Below are positions 20,193 through 30,891 of a DNA stretch of 64,000 nucleotides, in pieces. The DNA lies in the NCBI GenBank assembly GCA_963706955.1, contig CAVPOC010000003.1, positions 96,001-160,000 on the forward strand, written 5' to 3'. The notes below the pieces were generated by a model. The model searched no databases. It saw only the letters and a program-made list of their open reading frames with translations, and was not told the DNA's origin. Position 1 is the first letter of the stretch. Every line of letters starts with the position of its first letter. The position numbers and the translations under genes are program-made. This DNA is from an uncultured Verrucomicrobiae bacterium. GTDB lineage: Bacteria > Verrucomicrobiota > Verrucomicrobiia > Chthoniobacterales > Terrimicrobiaceae.

Positions 20193-21197
20193 CTAGACGG
20201 CCGCCGGAGTCGCTGCGCCCGTTTGTCCAAAGATGGTCCGTCGAACGATATCCTGACTGCCGACCGCGTCTTGAAGCTCGATGGCTTTAGCTAAGTCCGG
20301 TTGCGCTTTCAACTTCTTTGCCAGATTCCAAAGTGAATTGACCATGGCGATATTGTTCTCGCATTCCCGAATCGGATCTAAGCCGCTCACATCGGGAAAG
20401 GTGTCGAAGTAGATGACCCCGTCGAAGCCTTTGCGAATGAGTTGGAATAACACCTCTAAGGTTTGCATGAAGTTGACGGTTCCTACCATCAAGCCGTCAT
20501 CGCGGCGGCCATATCCGTCGTTAAGGTGGATCCCCAGGAGCTGGCTCTCGCGCGCAATCATCGCGGCGGCAAAGGCCGGCAGCTCACCCGCGTAAAGAAC
20601 GTGAGCGAAATCGAAGGTTACCCCAAGATTGGGACGATCAATCTCTTTGATAGCAAGCAGGGTTATCCCAAGATTGGACAGCAGGCTGAACGAGCGTGGC
20701 TCGTTGGGCTTGTATTCGATACTTACGTTAATGCGAGGGTTATGGTCGGCGACTTCCCGAATACCTTCGATTTCCGCCTTCCAAAGCGTTTCGTAATCGA
20801 CTTGAAAAGGATATTCCCAGCCGTCTTGGCCGAGCCAAATTGTCAGCAAATTACCCCCCGTTTGTTCGAGAACGTCCATCGCTCTTTTGGTGAGATCGAT
20901 TGCCGCCTGGCGGACGCGCGACTCAGGGTTGGTGAATGCCCCTAGCTTGAACTCTGGCTCTGAATAATAGCGCATCGCCAGTCCGTTGACCGTCAATCCC
21001 AGATCGCGTGCTCCGGAAATGATATCTTCAGGCGTGGTGCCGGCGAAGTGATCCGGAAAGTTGAGGTCCACTTCGGAGAGGCCGTTGACCTTGCTCGCTC
21101 GCTGAATCAATTCCAGCGCGCTTGGCTTGTAGTTTGCCTTTCCCCAAAACTTTTCGGGACGACTAGCGAAGGAATTTAATCTGGTTGCGTATTTCAT
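20193..21197 (-). CDS. Xylose isomerase-family sugar isomerase (resembles D-apiose isomerase/L-rhamnose isomerase group)
   Basis: FKLGAFTNP, WLGQDGWEYPFQ, IEYKPNEPR, DFAH, HLND, DDGL motifs. Confidence 0.82.
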   Translation of the reverse strand: MKYATRLNSFASRPEKFWGKANYKPSALELIQRASKVNGLSEVDLNFPDHFAGTTPEDIISGARDLGLTVNGLAMRYYSEPEFKLGAFTNPESRVRQAAIDLTKRAMDVLEQTGGNLLTIWLGQDGWEYPFQVDYETLWKAEIEGIREVADHNPRINVSIEYKPNEPRSFSLLSNLGITLLAIKEIDRPNLGVTFDFAHVLYAGELPAFAAAMIARESQLLGIHLNDGYGRRDDGLMVGTVNFMQTLEVLFQLIRKGFDGVIYFDTFPDVSGLDPIRECENNIAMVNSLWNLAKKLKAQPDLAKAIELQDAVGSQDIVRRTIFGQTGAATPAAV

Positions 21198-22168
21198 AAA
21201 GACAGAGGTGCGTAGTTCGGACTTGGACTCACAGTTGGCTCAGGAACATCCAAGAGTCGGTAGTAACGGGCGGCGTTATCGTGAAATAGCATCCGCCGTT
21301 CCTCGACGCTAAAGCCGGCCGTGATTTCATGAAACGCTGCGTAGAGCGTGTCAAAGTCGCTGAAGAGTTTGTCCACAGGAAAGTTACTCGCGAACATGCT
21401 GCGGGCCACGCCGAAGGCCTCGATCGTTTGCAGAACAAAGGGCCGGATGCTCTCTACTGTCCACTTCGGATCTACCGTTCCGAGTCCCGAGATCTTGACA
21501 ACCACATTGTCGGCGGTGGCTAGTTGTTGCATGCCGCGCCGCCATAGGCGAAGGCCTTCCTCGTCCCGATCCACCGGCATCCCGGCGTGGTTGAGGATGA
21601 TCAAGACATCAGGATAAGCGTGTGCCAGCGCCGCGGCGCCAACCATCTGCGCAGGATAAAGCTGAAGGTCAAAGGAGAGACCAAACCGTCGGAGTAGTCC
21701 AAACCCCCGTCGCCACGCCTCCGTCCTGATCAAATCGGGACGGTTCACGTAGGTCTTTCTGGTATCTGGATGCCAATTTACGGCATGGCGAATTCCGCGC
21801 AGGTTCTTGTGCCGGGCATGACCTTCGAGAACTTGTTCGACGTTCGGCGAATCCAGCATTGCACGCGCGACGATCGCATGCGGGAAGCCATGCTTATCGG
21901 CGATGCCTTGCAACCATGTTGTCTCACCGACTGGATCCGATGGATCCCATCCGGTCTCAACGTGCACGGATTTGACAACGTTCTGGTTGCGGGCATCTGC
22001 TAAGTAATCCTTCAGCAGGTAGTCCTTGGCAATTGGCCTCACGTCTTCTTCCAATCGCGGTTCCAGGAGATGCTCCTGGAGCCACGGGTATCGATTGTGC
22101 GCGAGATCCCACAAGTGATGGTGCGGGTCAATCATGGGCTGCCCGCGAATACCGCCCTGATCATTCAT
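21194..22168 (-). CDS. Amidohydrolase family protein (sugar lactonase-like)
   Basis: IDPHHHLWD, GIRH, ILNHAG, VKISG, MFASNFPVD motifs; coupled to both neighbours. Confidence 0.85.
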   Translation of the reverse strand: MNDQGGIRGQPMIDPHHHLWDLAHNRYPWLQEHLLEPRLEEDVRPIAKDYLLKDYLADARNQNVVKSVHVETGWDPSDPVGETTWLQGIADKHGFPHAIVARAMLDSPNVEQVLEGHARHKNLRGIRHAVNWHPDTRKTYVNRPDLIRTEAWRRGFGLLRRFGLSFDLQLYPAQMVGAAALAHAYPDVLIILNHAGMPVDRDEEGLRLWRRGMQQLATADNVVVKISGLGTVDPKWTVESIRPFVLQTIEAFGVARSMFASNFPVDKLFSDFDTLYAAFHEITAGFSVEERRMLFHDNAARYYRLLDVPEPTVSPSPNYAPLSL

Positions 22169-23166
22169 CACTGGCGTTGACGAGTGGACTGGTCGACAAA
22201 GACCGCCAGGATGACGACCGCGCCGGTAGCTACGAATTGCCAAAAGGACGGGACATTCATCAACGTCAAGCCGTTCTGCATTGCGCCCAGGGTCAAGGCG
22301 CCGATGAGTGAACCTAATGGATTACCCTCGCCACCAAACAGGCTCGCGCCGCCAATCACAGCCGCGCCAATCGCCTGCAGTTCGAAGCCGTTACCGCCAA
22401 TGGGTTCGGCGGCGCCAACTCGGCCGATAAGGACGAAACCCGCAATGCTCGAAAGCAAACCAGAGATGCAATAGACACAGATCTTTACGCGGTCGGTGTT
22501 GATTCCGGATAGCCGGGCCGCTTCCTCGTTTCCACCAACAGCAATGATTTGCTCGCCCAAGGCAGTATATCGAACCAGTAGATACGCGGCGACTGCTATC
22601 GCCACGGCCAGGAGCACCGGTGTCGGAATGCCGAAGAGTTCACCGGCAAAAATGGATCGAAACCTTTCGTCAATGCCATAGATTGGGCGGCCGTCTGTGT
22701 AGATTAAGGCCGCCCCACGATAGATGCTAAGCATGCCCAGAGTCACAATGAAGTCGGGCAGCTTAAGCTTGGCAATCATGAGTCCGTTGATCAAACCGCA
22801 GATCACTCCCAACAACATACCAGCGACGATGCCCAGAACGAGATTGTGAGGCAGCAGACTCGCCGTGATCATGCTCGTAAGCCCAACCATCGATCCGACC
22901 GAGAGGTCGATGCCGCGAGTCATGATGACCAAGGTCATGCCAACGGCAATCATTGTGTTGATCGACGATTGCAGCAGGATGTCCAGGATGTTCGCTGGTT
23001 GGTAGAAGCTGCTGTTAAGCAGAGAGAAAACCACGAAAAGGAGCGCAACACCGGCGATGACACTAGCCCGCCTGATCCATTCGAGCTGGGCGCCTTTTTT
23101 TGGCACATTAGTCGGCGCCTGTTTAGCGGCCTCTTCTGATGGCTTAGGTATTTGTGCTTTGTTCAT
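22168..23166 (-). CDS. Sugar ABC transporter permease (RbsC-like)
   Basis: GIDLSVGS, FIVTLG, VGGNEEAARLSG, ELQAIGAAVIGGASL. Confidence 0.93.
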   Translation of the reverse strand: MNKAQIPKPSEEAAKQAPTNVPKKGAQLEWIRRASVIAGVALLFVVFSLLNSSFYQPANILDILLQSSINTMIAVGMTLVIMTRGIDLSVGSMVGLTSMITASLLPHNLVLGIVAGMLLGVICGLINGLMIAKLKLPDFIVTLGMLSIYRGAALIYTDGRPIYGIDERFRSIFAGELFGIPTPVLLAVAIAVAAYLLVRYTALGEQIIAVGGNEEAARLSGINTDRVKICVYCISGLLSSIAGFVLIGRVGAAEPIGGNGFELQAIGAAVIGGASLFGGEGNPLGSLIGALTLGAMQNGLTLMNVPSFWQFVATGAVVILAVFVDQSTRQRQ

Positions 23167-24713
23167 ACAGTTTTAATTTCCTCGCTGGCATATTTCATGA
23201 GCAGATCTTCGGTGAGCCCCGAACAATCATCGATCGTTTGAACCAACCGACCTCCGCGCATGACTCCTATCCGATCGCTAACGGCCATGACCTCCGGCAA
23301 CTCCGACGAGATCACCAGAATGGCGCAACCTTCCTTTGCTAAGCGACGCATCAGTTCATGGATTTCGAACTTAGCGCCCACGTCGATCCCTCGGGTCGGC
23401 TCGTCAAAAAGGAAAATCCGGGCTCCAGATTGCAGCCACCGGGCGATGATTACCTTTTGCTGGTTGCCACCGGAAAGATTGCGGATGCGGACTCCTGCCA
23501 GACGCGGACGAATCGCCAATTCCTCGATGTAGCGTTCAATATCTTTGCGCCGTTCTTTGAGCCGCAAGATCCCTGAGGGCGCGTATTGGCCGTAATTGGC
23601 GAGGCCAAAATTGCGTTCCACGTCCATCACGGGGACGAGCGCCTGTTTACGCCGGTCCTCCGGTATTAAGGCGATCCCTGCCGCCTTCGCGTCGGAGGGT
23701 TGCCGGATCTCAAGGGGTGCCCCGTTTACGCGAATAGTCCCGGTATCATTAGGATCAGCTCCAAAGATGCACCGCGCGAGTTCCGTCCTGCCGGAGCCAA
23801 CCAACCCCGCCAAGCCAAAGATTTCACCACTATGAATCGTCAGATTGATGTCGTGCAATTTCCCTTCGACGGAGACACCTTCGAGCTCCAATGCTGCCTT
23901 GCCCCGAGTGGCTCCTCCGTGCACGGGATGCATCAACTCGTCCGCTAGTCGGCGCCCGGCGATCATGTCAATGAGTTCCTCGGGGGTTACGGCGTTGGTA
24001 GCCTTGCTGGCCACGACCTGACCGTCCCGCAGCACGGTGACCCGGTCAGTGATCGCGTAGACTTCCGGGATACGGTGCGTAATGTAGATGATTCCCCGGC
24101 CGCCTTTCTTTAGCCTCCGGATCAGATCGAACAAGCCGTCGCGCTCCGCAGGCGTTAAGCTCGAGGTGGGCTCGTCGAAGGCAATGATTTGCCCGCCACG
24201 CGCCAGCGTGCGTGCGATCTCCACGACTTGCATATCGGCCATCCCGAGAGAAGAAACCTTGGCCGTGACGGGAAGCCGAGGCGCCAACGGCTTCAGAATC
24301 TCGCGCGCTTTGGCTCGAAACTCGCTGCGCGGCACGATGTTGAGGGCGTCGGTTTGTCCGAGGAAGACATTTTGGGCAACGTCCAGCTGAGGAATAAGGC
24401 TCGGCTCCTGGCTGACCAAACCAATGCCAAGAGCCAGCGCGTGCCGGGGGTCTTCGATGGTGACTTCGCCGCGGCCCTCGATCTCGATCGAGCCTGAATC
24501 GGGTGGCTGGACGCCGAAGAGGATTTTCATCAACGTCGACTTGCCAGCTCCGTTCTCTCCCATCAGGGCGTGGACTTCCCCAGCCCTCACATCGAAATCC
24601 ACACCCTTGAGGGCTTGCACCCCAGCGAACGCTTTGGCAATGCGTCGCGCTCGCAGCAGAGTCTTGGAGTCGACGCCGGACGTCTCCGTTTTTCCTTCCA
24701 TTGACTCGGACAT
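23163..24713 (-). CDS. Two-domain sugar ABC ATPase (RbsA-like)
   Basis: GENGAGKST, FDEPT, LSGGNQQK, DEPTRGIDVGAK. Confidence 0.95.
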   Translation of the reverse strand: MSESMEGKTETSGVDSKTLLRARRIAKAFAGVQALKGVDFDVRAGEVHALMGENGAGKSTLMKILFGVQPPDSGSIEIEGRGEVTIEDPRHALALGIGLVSQEPSLIPQLDVAQNVFLGQTDALNIVPRSEFRAKAREILKPLAPRLPVTAKVSSLGMADMQVVEIARTLARGGQIIAFDEPTSSLTPAERDGLFDLIRRLKKGGRGIIYITHRIPEVYAITDRVTVLRDGQVVASKATNAVTPEELIDMIAGRRLADELMHPVHGGATRGKAALELEGVSVEGKLHDINLTIHSGEIFGLAGLVGSGRTELARCIFGADPNDTGTIRVNGAPLEIRQPSDAKAAGIALIPEDRRKQALVPVMDVERNFGLANYGQYAPSGILRLKERRKDIERYIEELAIRPRLAGVRIRNLSGGNQQKVIIARWLQSGARIFLFDEPTRGIDVGAKFEIHELMRRLAKEGCAILVISSELPEVMAVSDRIGVMRGGRLVQTIDDCSGLTEDLLMKYASEEIKTV

Positions 24714-24719
24714 AACGTC

Positions 24720-25743
24720 TTACTTTTGGAATTCAGGCGGATTCGGAAAATCCTTGACGTTTTCAGCCGTAATGACGGCTTGAGGCGACACGACCCAGGG
24801 CGGAATAGGCTGGCCGCGCTAAGATCCGTAGCGCGACCTCCACTCCGAGTTTGCCTTCGTCGTAAGGAAACTCGGCCACGGTGGCACGCATCTCGTTATT
24901 AGCGATCGAGCGCTTCGCTTCGCGAATGCCGTCAGTGCCGACGATCGCAACCTCCTTGAGCTTGCCCGCCTTCTTAACCGCTTCTACCACGCCCAGCGCC
25001 ATGCCATCATTGTTGGCGTAGATTCCCACGAGGTCGGGATGCTGACGCAGGATGTTGGAAGTGACGTTGAGGGCCGTCATGCGATCCCAATTGCCCGGCT
25101 GGCTCGCAACCAACTTGAGGTTGTCGTATTTCTTGACCGTCTCGGTGAACCCTTTGATGCGCGCCCGCGCATTAGGAGAGCCTGCCTGACCCTCAATTTG
25201 AGCGATTTTCCCGCCGTTTGGGTAGAGCTGATGGAGGAATTCCGCCGCCTTGGCCCCGATGGCGACCTGGTCGGTTCCCACATAAGAGTTGGCACCTTCG
25301 GTTCGTGCATCATCGATGACGACCGTAGGAATATTCCCTTTCTTGGCATTCTGAATCGCCGGCACCAAGTTTGAATCTGACTGGGGCGAAAGCAAAAGGG
25401 CGTCCGGCTTCTGGGACAGAATCGTCTGAGCTAAGTTGAGTTGTTCAACCAGCGAAGACTCGTCCTTGGCAGCCTGCGCGTCGAACTTGATGTTGTATTT
25501 GCCGGCCTCGCTCTTGATGCCCGCCGCAACGTCCTGCCAAAATTCATTGATTAAGGTTTTGGTCACGTAAGCAAAGCGCAGCGGTTTGGTCGGCGCGGGG
25601 ACGGGGCCGAAGGTCTTTTCCAAATCGACTGATTCGATTTTCTCGGCAGTTTTAGTGGCAGCAGCCTCCTCAGCGATGGCTACGCGGGCTGTCGGCAGAA
25701 CGGACGTCGCCAAGGCGGCGACCAATAGGATCTTAGTATTCAT
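24720..25743 (-). CDS. Sugar ABC substrate-binding protein; frameshift near 24816
   Basis: Signal peptide; LINEFW, GNWDR, ANNDGMALG, GTDG; alternate frame gives GQPIPPWVVSPQAVITAENV...EFQK*. Confidence 0.86.
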
Positions 25744-25801
25744 ATAGGGTTGGTTTTTGGTTCAGGATTTTGTAGGGGTGATAAGAGAGCGAGAGGGCCT
25801 T

Positions 25802-26377
25802 TCACTTCATGTTGGTATATCGCGTGTACATGTCCTCCGGTTTTTGATTTGTGAGCTCCAGTAGGCGGAGAACCAGCAAATCGCCAAATAACAAGAGAGA
25901 AACCTCGTAGTGAGTGCCCATCGTTAGAATGCTTCGGCCGGCAGCTATGTCGACCATCGTCTGCGCGGGCAGATGGATCAAAACGTCCACCGGCATCTGT
26001 GCGGCACGCTCCGGCTGAGCAGTGATTACCGCGGTGCGCCCACCCGCCTCTCGGGCTACACCGAGCAGGGTCTCGACCGTCGGGAAATGTCCAGGACCGG
26101 CGCTGACCAGAAAGAGGTCCCCGGGACCCACCGCCGGGGTCACCATCTCGCCAACCACGTAGGATTTGAAACCGGCATGCATCAAACGCATGGCGATCGC
26201 CTCCATCATTAGGCCCTCACGCCCGACGCCGAAGGAGACGATTTTTTTGGCGGCGAGAAGCTCCTGGCTCAAGCGCTCCAGTCCAGCAGGGTCGCTCGCT
26301 TCAAAAACGCCTTCCAGATCACGGCACGCCCGTCGGCCAAGTCCGTAGAAGTCAAAAGGTGCTTTTGAGGGGTTCAT
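25802..26377 (-). CDS. SIS-domain sugar-phosphate isomerase (6-phospho-3-hexuloisomerase, HxlB-like)
   Basis: FGVGREGL, AMRLMHAG, VVGEMVTP, SAGPG, MGTHYE motifs. Confidence 0.82.
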   Translation of the reverse strand: MNPSKAPFDFYGLGRRACRDLEGVFEASDPAGLERLSQELLAAKKIVSFGVGREGLMMEAIAMRLMHAGFKSYVVGEMVTPAVGPGDLFLVSAGPGHFPTVETLLGVAREAGGRTAVITAQPERAAQMPVDVLIHLPAQTMVDIAAGRSILTMGTHYEVSLLLFGDLLVLRLLELTNQKPEDMYTRYTNMK

Positions 26378-26378
26378 T

Positions 26379-26392
26379 CTGAAACGTTTTAG
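26379..26392. promoter_or_regulatory. LacI-type operator candidate CTGAAACGTTTTAG
   Basis: Near-palindrome with central AACGTT directly before the hxlB-like start; related site at 26544. Confidence 0.55.
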
Positions 26393-26543
26393 CTACGTTC
26401 GCATTAGGGCCTCGGATGTCAAATAAATTTGCACACTAAAATTTGTTACGATGTAACTACCTCGTGATTAAATATATGTTATTGAAATGCCTCCGAGGGG
26501 GCCAATGAAAATTGCACAAGTTGTCAACCGAGGAAGGTTAAAA

Positions 26544-26557
26544 CTGAGACGTTTCAG
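26544..26557. promoter_or_regulatory. LacI-type operator candidate CTGAGACGTTTCAG
   Basis: Near-palindrome with central CG in the AT-rich region between lacI and the operon. Confidence 0.55.
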
Positions 26558-26758
26558 GTTCTTGACTATCAAGGTCCCAAACTAAAACGGTTACGGTGAA
26601 GAACGCCGATTGAGCTGATTACCCGCTAGGCCGGATTGCGAATCGCCCCACCTCGCTAGTCAGCATCAGCTGGCATGTAGTCGAGCGTCGGGACGAAGCG
26701 CTCGTTATATTTGCCAAACTGAGAAACTAGAGGTGGAGCGGGGGAAAGCAGCAGCAGA

Positions 26759-27817
26759 TCACCGAGAGCGGACCCTTCTTGAGCGTCCACTTTGAGATGT
26801 CATAGCTCTAAGGTGCGATTGCCTTTCGACCAAAACGGGATGGATTACCTCGCTGACGGTTTTGATCTTGCCATCTATCAATGCGAGCAGTTGCGTTGCC
26901 ATGCATTGACCAACGTCGGACGCCCGGTAATCCACCGTGGTCAGCGTGGGATCGAGCGCGAGGCAAAGGTCTGTATTGTCATATCCGACAACGGCAACGT
27001 CATGAGGGACCGTGAGGCCATGCCCACGTAGAATCTTCATTGCTCCAGCGGCCATGTAGTCATTGGAGCAAAAGACCCCGTCGGGGGTAAACTCCCTCAG
27101 AATGCTTTCCATGGCAGCGGTTCCGCTCTGGATCGTAAAGTCGCCGTAGCGCTTGGTTACCTTCTTGACCCCGGCGGCAATGAGCCCTTCAAAGAATCCT
27201 CGCTCGCGCTCGATCGCATCGACGTGGCTTTCGGGCCCGTTAATCATGGCTACCCGCTGGCAGCCGCGCTTGGCAAACTGCCGCGCGACTAATTGTCCGC
27301 CGCGATAGTTATCCAAATCGACATAGTTAACGTCAGCTCCGAAACAGGCTGGTCGCATCATCACGTAGGGAAAGGAGCGTTGTCGCAGGGGATAGAGAAA
27401 CGGATAATCGCGAAGGTACTGCGGGACAATGATGATACCATCGAGGGTCCGGTCACCGACAACATCTTCGAAGTAGTCCATCAAGTCAGGATCTTCATGC
27501 GATTTGACATCGAGGCGCAGGCTGTAGTTGGCCTGGTAAACCACTCCTAGGACGCCCTGCTGCAAATAGTAAAAGAGGGATGTCTTATGAACGATGTTCG
27601 CTATCTCAACCGAAGTCATCATCAGCAAAGCGATGGTGTTCGACTTTCCTGTGTTCAGGGTGCGACCGATACGATTGGGCACGTAGTTGATCCGCTTGGC
27701 GCATTCCAGAACTCGGGTCCGGGTCGATTCCTTCACCTCTCCGCCATTCAAGGCGATTGAAGCGGTCGCGACCGAGACTTTGGCAAGCTCGGCTACTTCC
27801 TTAAGGGTTACTCTCAT
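26759..27817 (-). CDS. LacI family transcriptional regulator
   Basis: VTLKEVAELAKVSVATAS HTH, YVPN hinge, FCSNDYMAAG, VVGYDN, LTTV. Confidence 0.93.
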   Translation of the reverse strand: MRVTLKEVAELAKVSVATASIALNGGEVKESTRTRVLECAKRINYVPNRIGRTLNTGKSNTIALLMMTSVEIANIVHKTSLFYYLQQGVLGVVYQANYSLRLDVKSHEDPDLMDYFEDVVGDRTLDGIIIVPQYLRDYPFLYPLRQRSFPYVMMRPACFGADVNYVDLDNYRGGQLVARQFAKRGCQRVAMINGPESHVDAIERERGFFEGLIAAGVKKVTKRYGDFTIQSGTAAMESILREFTPDGVFCSNDYMAAGAMKILRGHGLTVPHDVAVVGYDNTDLCLALDPTLTTVDYRASDVGQCMATQLLALIDGKIKTVSEVIHPVLVERQSHLRAMTSQSGRSRRVRSR

Positions 27818-28245
27818 TGTGATAGGATAACACGAGAAGGAGCGGTGTCGCCACCTTGGCTGGAATTGCGAAAGTCCGGCTGACAATGAATTCAGCCGCG
27901 CAGCAGGTGTAGCTAAACTCGAGGCGGAATGCCTCCTTCGGCGCCATTGATTCTCAGCGACAATCTTCATTTGGGGTGCTAGGTGTGTGCCATCGGTTTC
28001 CCCAGCTTCATCGACGCAAGTTCCGACTGTCGCCGGCTCAGATCATCGATCGAAGGCGGCTGGAAAAACTTGGCCTACGGTTTTTCGACCGATCTCCAGC
28101 TCAAAAACAAGCGCGCATTTATGCCCCTCCGCGAACAACGGTGAGAGAAGAACAACCGAGAGTGCCGCGCGCGGCAGCCCAGCGCGCGTTCGCGACGATG
28201 GCCGCCGCGTGAGCGCGTAACCGAGGCGGGAGCAAAATTGAAACT

Positions 28246-29259
28246 ATGAAAGCCTATCAACTAACCGGGCAAAACGGCCCAGACTCATTGCAACTCAATG
28301 AAATCGTCGAGCCGAAACCCGCTCCTCTCCAGGTCCTAGTGCGGGTTCGCGCAACTTCGCTGAATTACCGGGACCTGATGATCGCCAGCGGCCGCTACGG
28401 CGCCCCAGTGTCGCTGCCATTGATCCCGCTCTCGGACGGCGCGGGCGAGATCGTCGCTGTGGGCGAAGGGGTGACCCAATGGAAGGAGGGCGATCACGTC
28501 GCGGGCACTTTCTTCCAGAACTGGCAGATAGGTCCGGTGCGACGGGAGTCCTTTCATAGTGTCCTGGGCGGCCCCCTCAACGGAATGCTCGCCGAGTATG
28601 TCACTCTCTCCTCGGAGGGTGTCGTCGCAATTCCGCCCCACCTAAGCTTTGCAGAAGCCGCGACCTTGCCGTGTGCGGCGCTCACGGCGTGGCACGCGCT
28701 CGTGACAAAGGGAAAGGTTTCCGCCGACCAAACGGTGCTGCTGCTCGGCACCGGCGGCGTTTCGATTTTTGGTCTCCAGTTTGCGAAAATGCACGGCGCG
28801 CGTGTGATTATCACATCGAGCAGTGAGGAGAAGCTGGCACGCGCAAAATCGCTCGGTGCGGACGAGACGATCAATTACCGCGCGACCCCTGATTGGGAAA
28901 AAGAAGTGTTCCACCTAACGGGAAAATCAGGTGCAGATCACGTCATCGAAGTCGGCGGAACCGACACTTTCCCAAAATCGCTGCGAGCACTTTCGTTGGG
29001 TGGGACCATCAGCGTCATCGGCGGCGTGAGCGGGTTTACGAGCGACATGCCGCTCGGGGAGATCCTGGGAAAACTGGCGCTCATCCGGGGTATCTACGTG
29101 GGCAGCCGTGAAATGTTTGAGACGATGAACCGTGCCATCGCCAGGCACCAGCTCAAGCCGGCAATTGATCGCGTCTTTCCTTTTTCCGACGCTCCAGCGG
29201 CATACCGCTACCAGGAAAGCGGCGCGCATTTAGGAAAAGTCGTCATCAGTGTTCCTTAG
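28246..29259 (+). CDS. MDR-family NAD(P)-dependent alcohol dehydrogenase/quinone reductase
   Basis: SLNYRD, PLSDGAGE, ATLPCAALTAW, GTGGVS, HLGKVVI. Confidence 0.92.
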   Translation: MKAYQLTGQNGPDSLQLNEIVEPKPAPLQVLVRVRATSLNYRDLMIASGRYGAPVSLPLIPLSDGAGEIVAVGEGVTQWKEGDHVAGTFFQNWQIGPVRRESFHSVLGGPLNGMLAEYVTLSSEGVVAIPPHLSFAEAATLPCAALTAWHALVTKGKVSADQTVLLLGTGGVSIFGLQFAKMHGARVIITSSSEEKLARAKSLGADETINYRATPDWEKEVFHLTGKSGADHVIEVGGTDTFPKSLRALSLGGTISVIGGVSGFTSDMPLGEILGKLALIRGIYVGSREMFETMNRAIARHQLKPAIDRVFPFSDAPAAYRYQESGAHLGKVVISVP

Positions 29260-29706
29260 CGCACGGTTTGAGCAAGATGGCGCAGGTCGACCAACAACGG
29301 GTGCGATCGCGGCGCAAATCGCTTTCTAACTTCGTAGCGGAGGAGGAAATGTGGCTATAGTGCCCGAGGTCTTTCACAGCTTGGCCGGCTCACGTGTGAA
29401 ACTGCACCCGATCGAACCGACACTTCCTCCGATGATCGTCGGCTGTGCCTCCACAGTTTTAAGTGCATCCACGGTGGCGGCACAGCGCTTTCTCACGATC
29501 GCTCGCAGCGTTGCAGCGGATTAGACGGCTCGCCTGCCTAGATGGCCGTTTCCAAAGGTTCAACTTTGAGATGAACTCGCAGCCGGGACCGATGCTGGCC
29601 ACATCGGCCGCGCGAAGAACGGCCGCGATTACAATCCACGAGGGAGCCGCCTCTACCGGCTACGTCGCCGGGAACTACACGAAATCCTGAGAAAGGATTT
29701 GCGGAA

Positions 29707-30891
29707 TCACCCCACTCGCCTGCGCAGAGACCGCCGCTCCCAAGCCGCGACGACAATGAGCACCGCCGAAGTGGTGAGCGACAGCAGCAGCGGCGAGAAA
29801 TGCGACGCCATGGGCGCCAGCACGGCCACCGCAAAAAGGCCAGCTATATGCGAAAGAGGCACCCTTCCAGCAATCGTCCATTTGAAAAGGAGATTTCCAA
29901 CCAGATAAAGCGCGATCGCGCCCAATGCGGTGACGATCGTTTTGAAGTCCGAATGGCCCGTCGGATGATGCAACACGAACTCATCGGCCACCGCAGCGAC
30001 GATGATGCCGCCGACGATGAAAAGGTGAATGTAGGTATAGGCGAGGCGCGCGAGTTTTCCCGGGTCGTGCGAGGACGAGATTGTCTTGCTCCCCGCCTCC
30101 GCGCTTGTATCGAAATAGAGCCACCACATCGCGAGGCTCCCGGCAAACGAGATGACAAACGCCGCCACGACGGCGGGCGTCCACTCGAGTTCGCTGAATA
30201 TCGCGCCGGTAACCAGGATCGATTCCCCCAGCGCGATGATGATAAAGAGCGCGCAGCGCTCGGCCATATGCCCGCCTTCGACATCCCAGTCCTTCGTCCG
30301 TGACCGGCCAAGCCCCGGCACGAAAAAGCCCAACGAGGGCGAGACATATTCCGTCGCCAGCGCGACCGCCCAAAGCGCCAGGCGCGTCGTGCCATGCGCG
30401 AACGCACCTGCGAGCCAGAAAACCGCCGCCGCCACAAGCCAGGCAAGAATGCGTTGAAAATTGCGCACCATGGCGGGATGGCCCCGCACCGCCCAGATGA
30501 AAAACAGCGTCCGCCCCACCTGCATCGCGACATAAGCGCCGGCAAAGGCCAGGCCGCGCGACTCGAACGCCTCCGGCAGCGACGAGGAAAGGATCAACCC
30601 GAACAACATCAGGACCAGCAGCGCGAGCCGCACCGGCAGCTTTTCGGGATTCAGCCAGTTCGTGACCCACGACGTAAAGATCCACACCCACCAGACCGCG
30701 AGCATTAGCAGCAGCGTCTGCAGCGCTCCCAGCGGCGTGAAATGCCCGATGAGCGAATGCGAGAGCTGAGTGACCGCAAAGACGAAAACGAGATCAAAGA
30801 ACAGCTCGACAAAACTCACCTTGCCGTGCTCGTGCCCGCCCCGGCCCCGCAACAGCCCGCGATCCCCGGATGTTGAAGAAGAATCAGCCAT
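29707..30891 (-). CDS. Low temperature requirement protein A (LtrA) family membrane protein
   Basis: VSFVELFFDLVFVFAVTQL, HMAERCALFIIIALGES, MWWLYF motifs. Confidence 0.9.
   Translation of the reverse strand: MADSSSTSGDRGLLRGRGGHEHGKVSFVELFFDLVFVFAVTQLSHSLIGHFTPLGALQTLLLMLAVWWVWIFTSWVTNWLNPEKLPVRLALLVLMLFGLILSSSLPEAFESRGLAFAGAYVAMQVGRTLFFIWAVRGHPAMVRNFQRILAWLVAAAVFWLAGAFAHGTTRLALWAVALATEYVSPSLGFFVPGLGRSRTKDWDVEGGHMAERCALFIIIALGESILVTGAIFSELEWTPAVVAAFVISFAGSLAMWWLYFDTSAEAGSKTISSSHDPGKLARLAYTYIHLFIVGGIIVAAVADEFVLHHPTGHSDFKTIVTALGAIALYLVGNLLFKWTIAGRVPLSHIAGLFAVAVLAPMASHFSPLLLSLTTSAVLIVVAAWERRSLRRRVG

Noticed and set aside
25802..26377. Ribulose monophosphate formaldehyde fixation
   Set aside because: No hexulose-6-phosphate synthase (hxlA) in the window; gene heads a sugar importer operon
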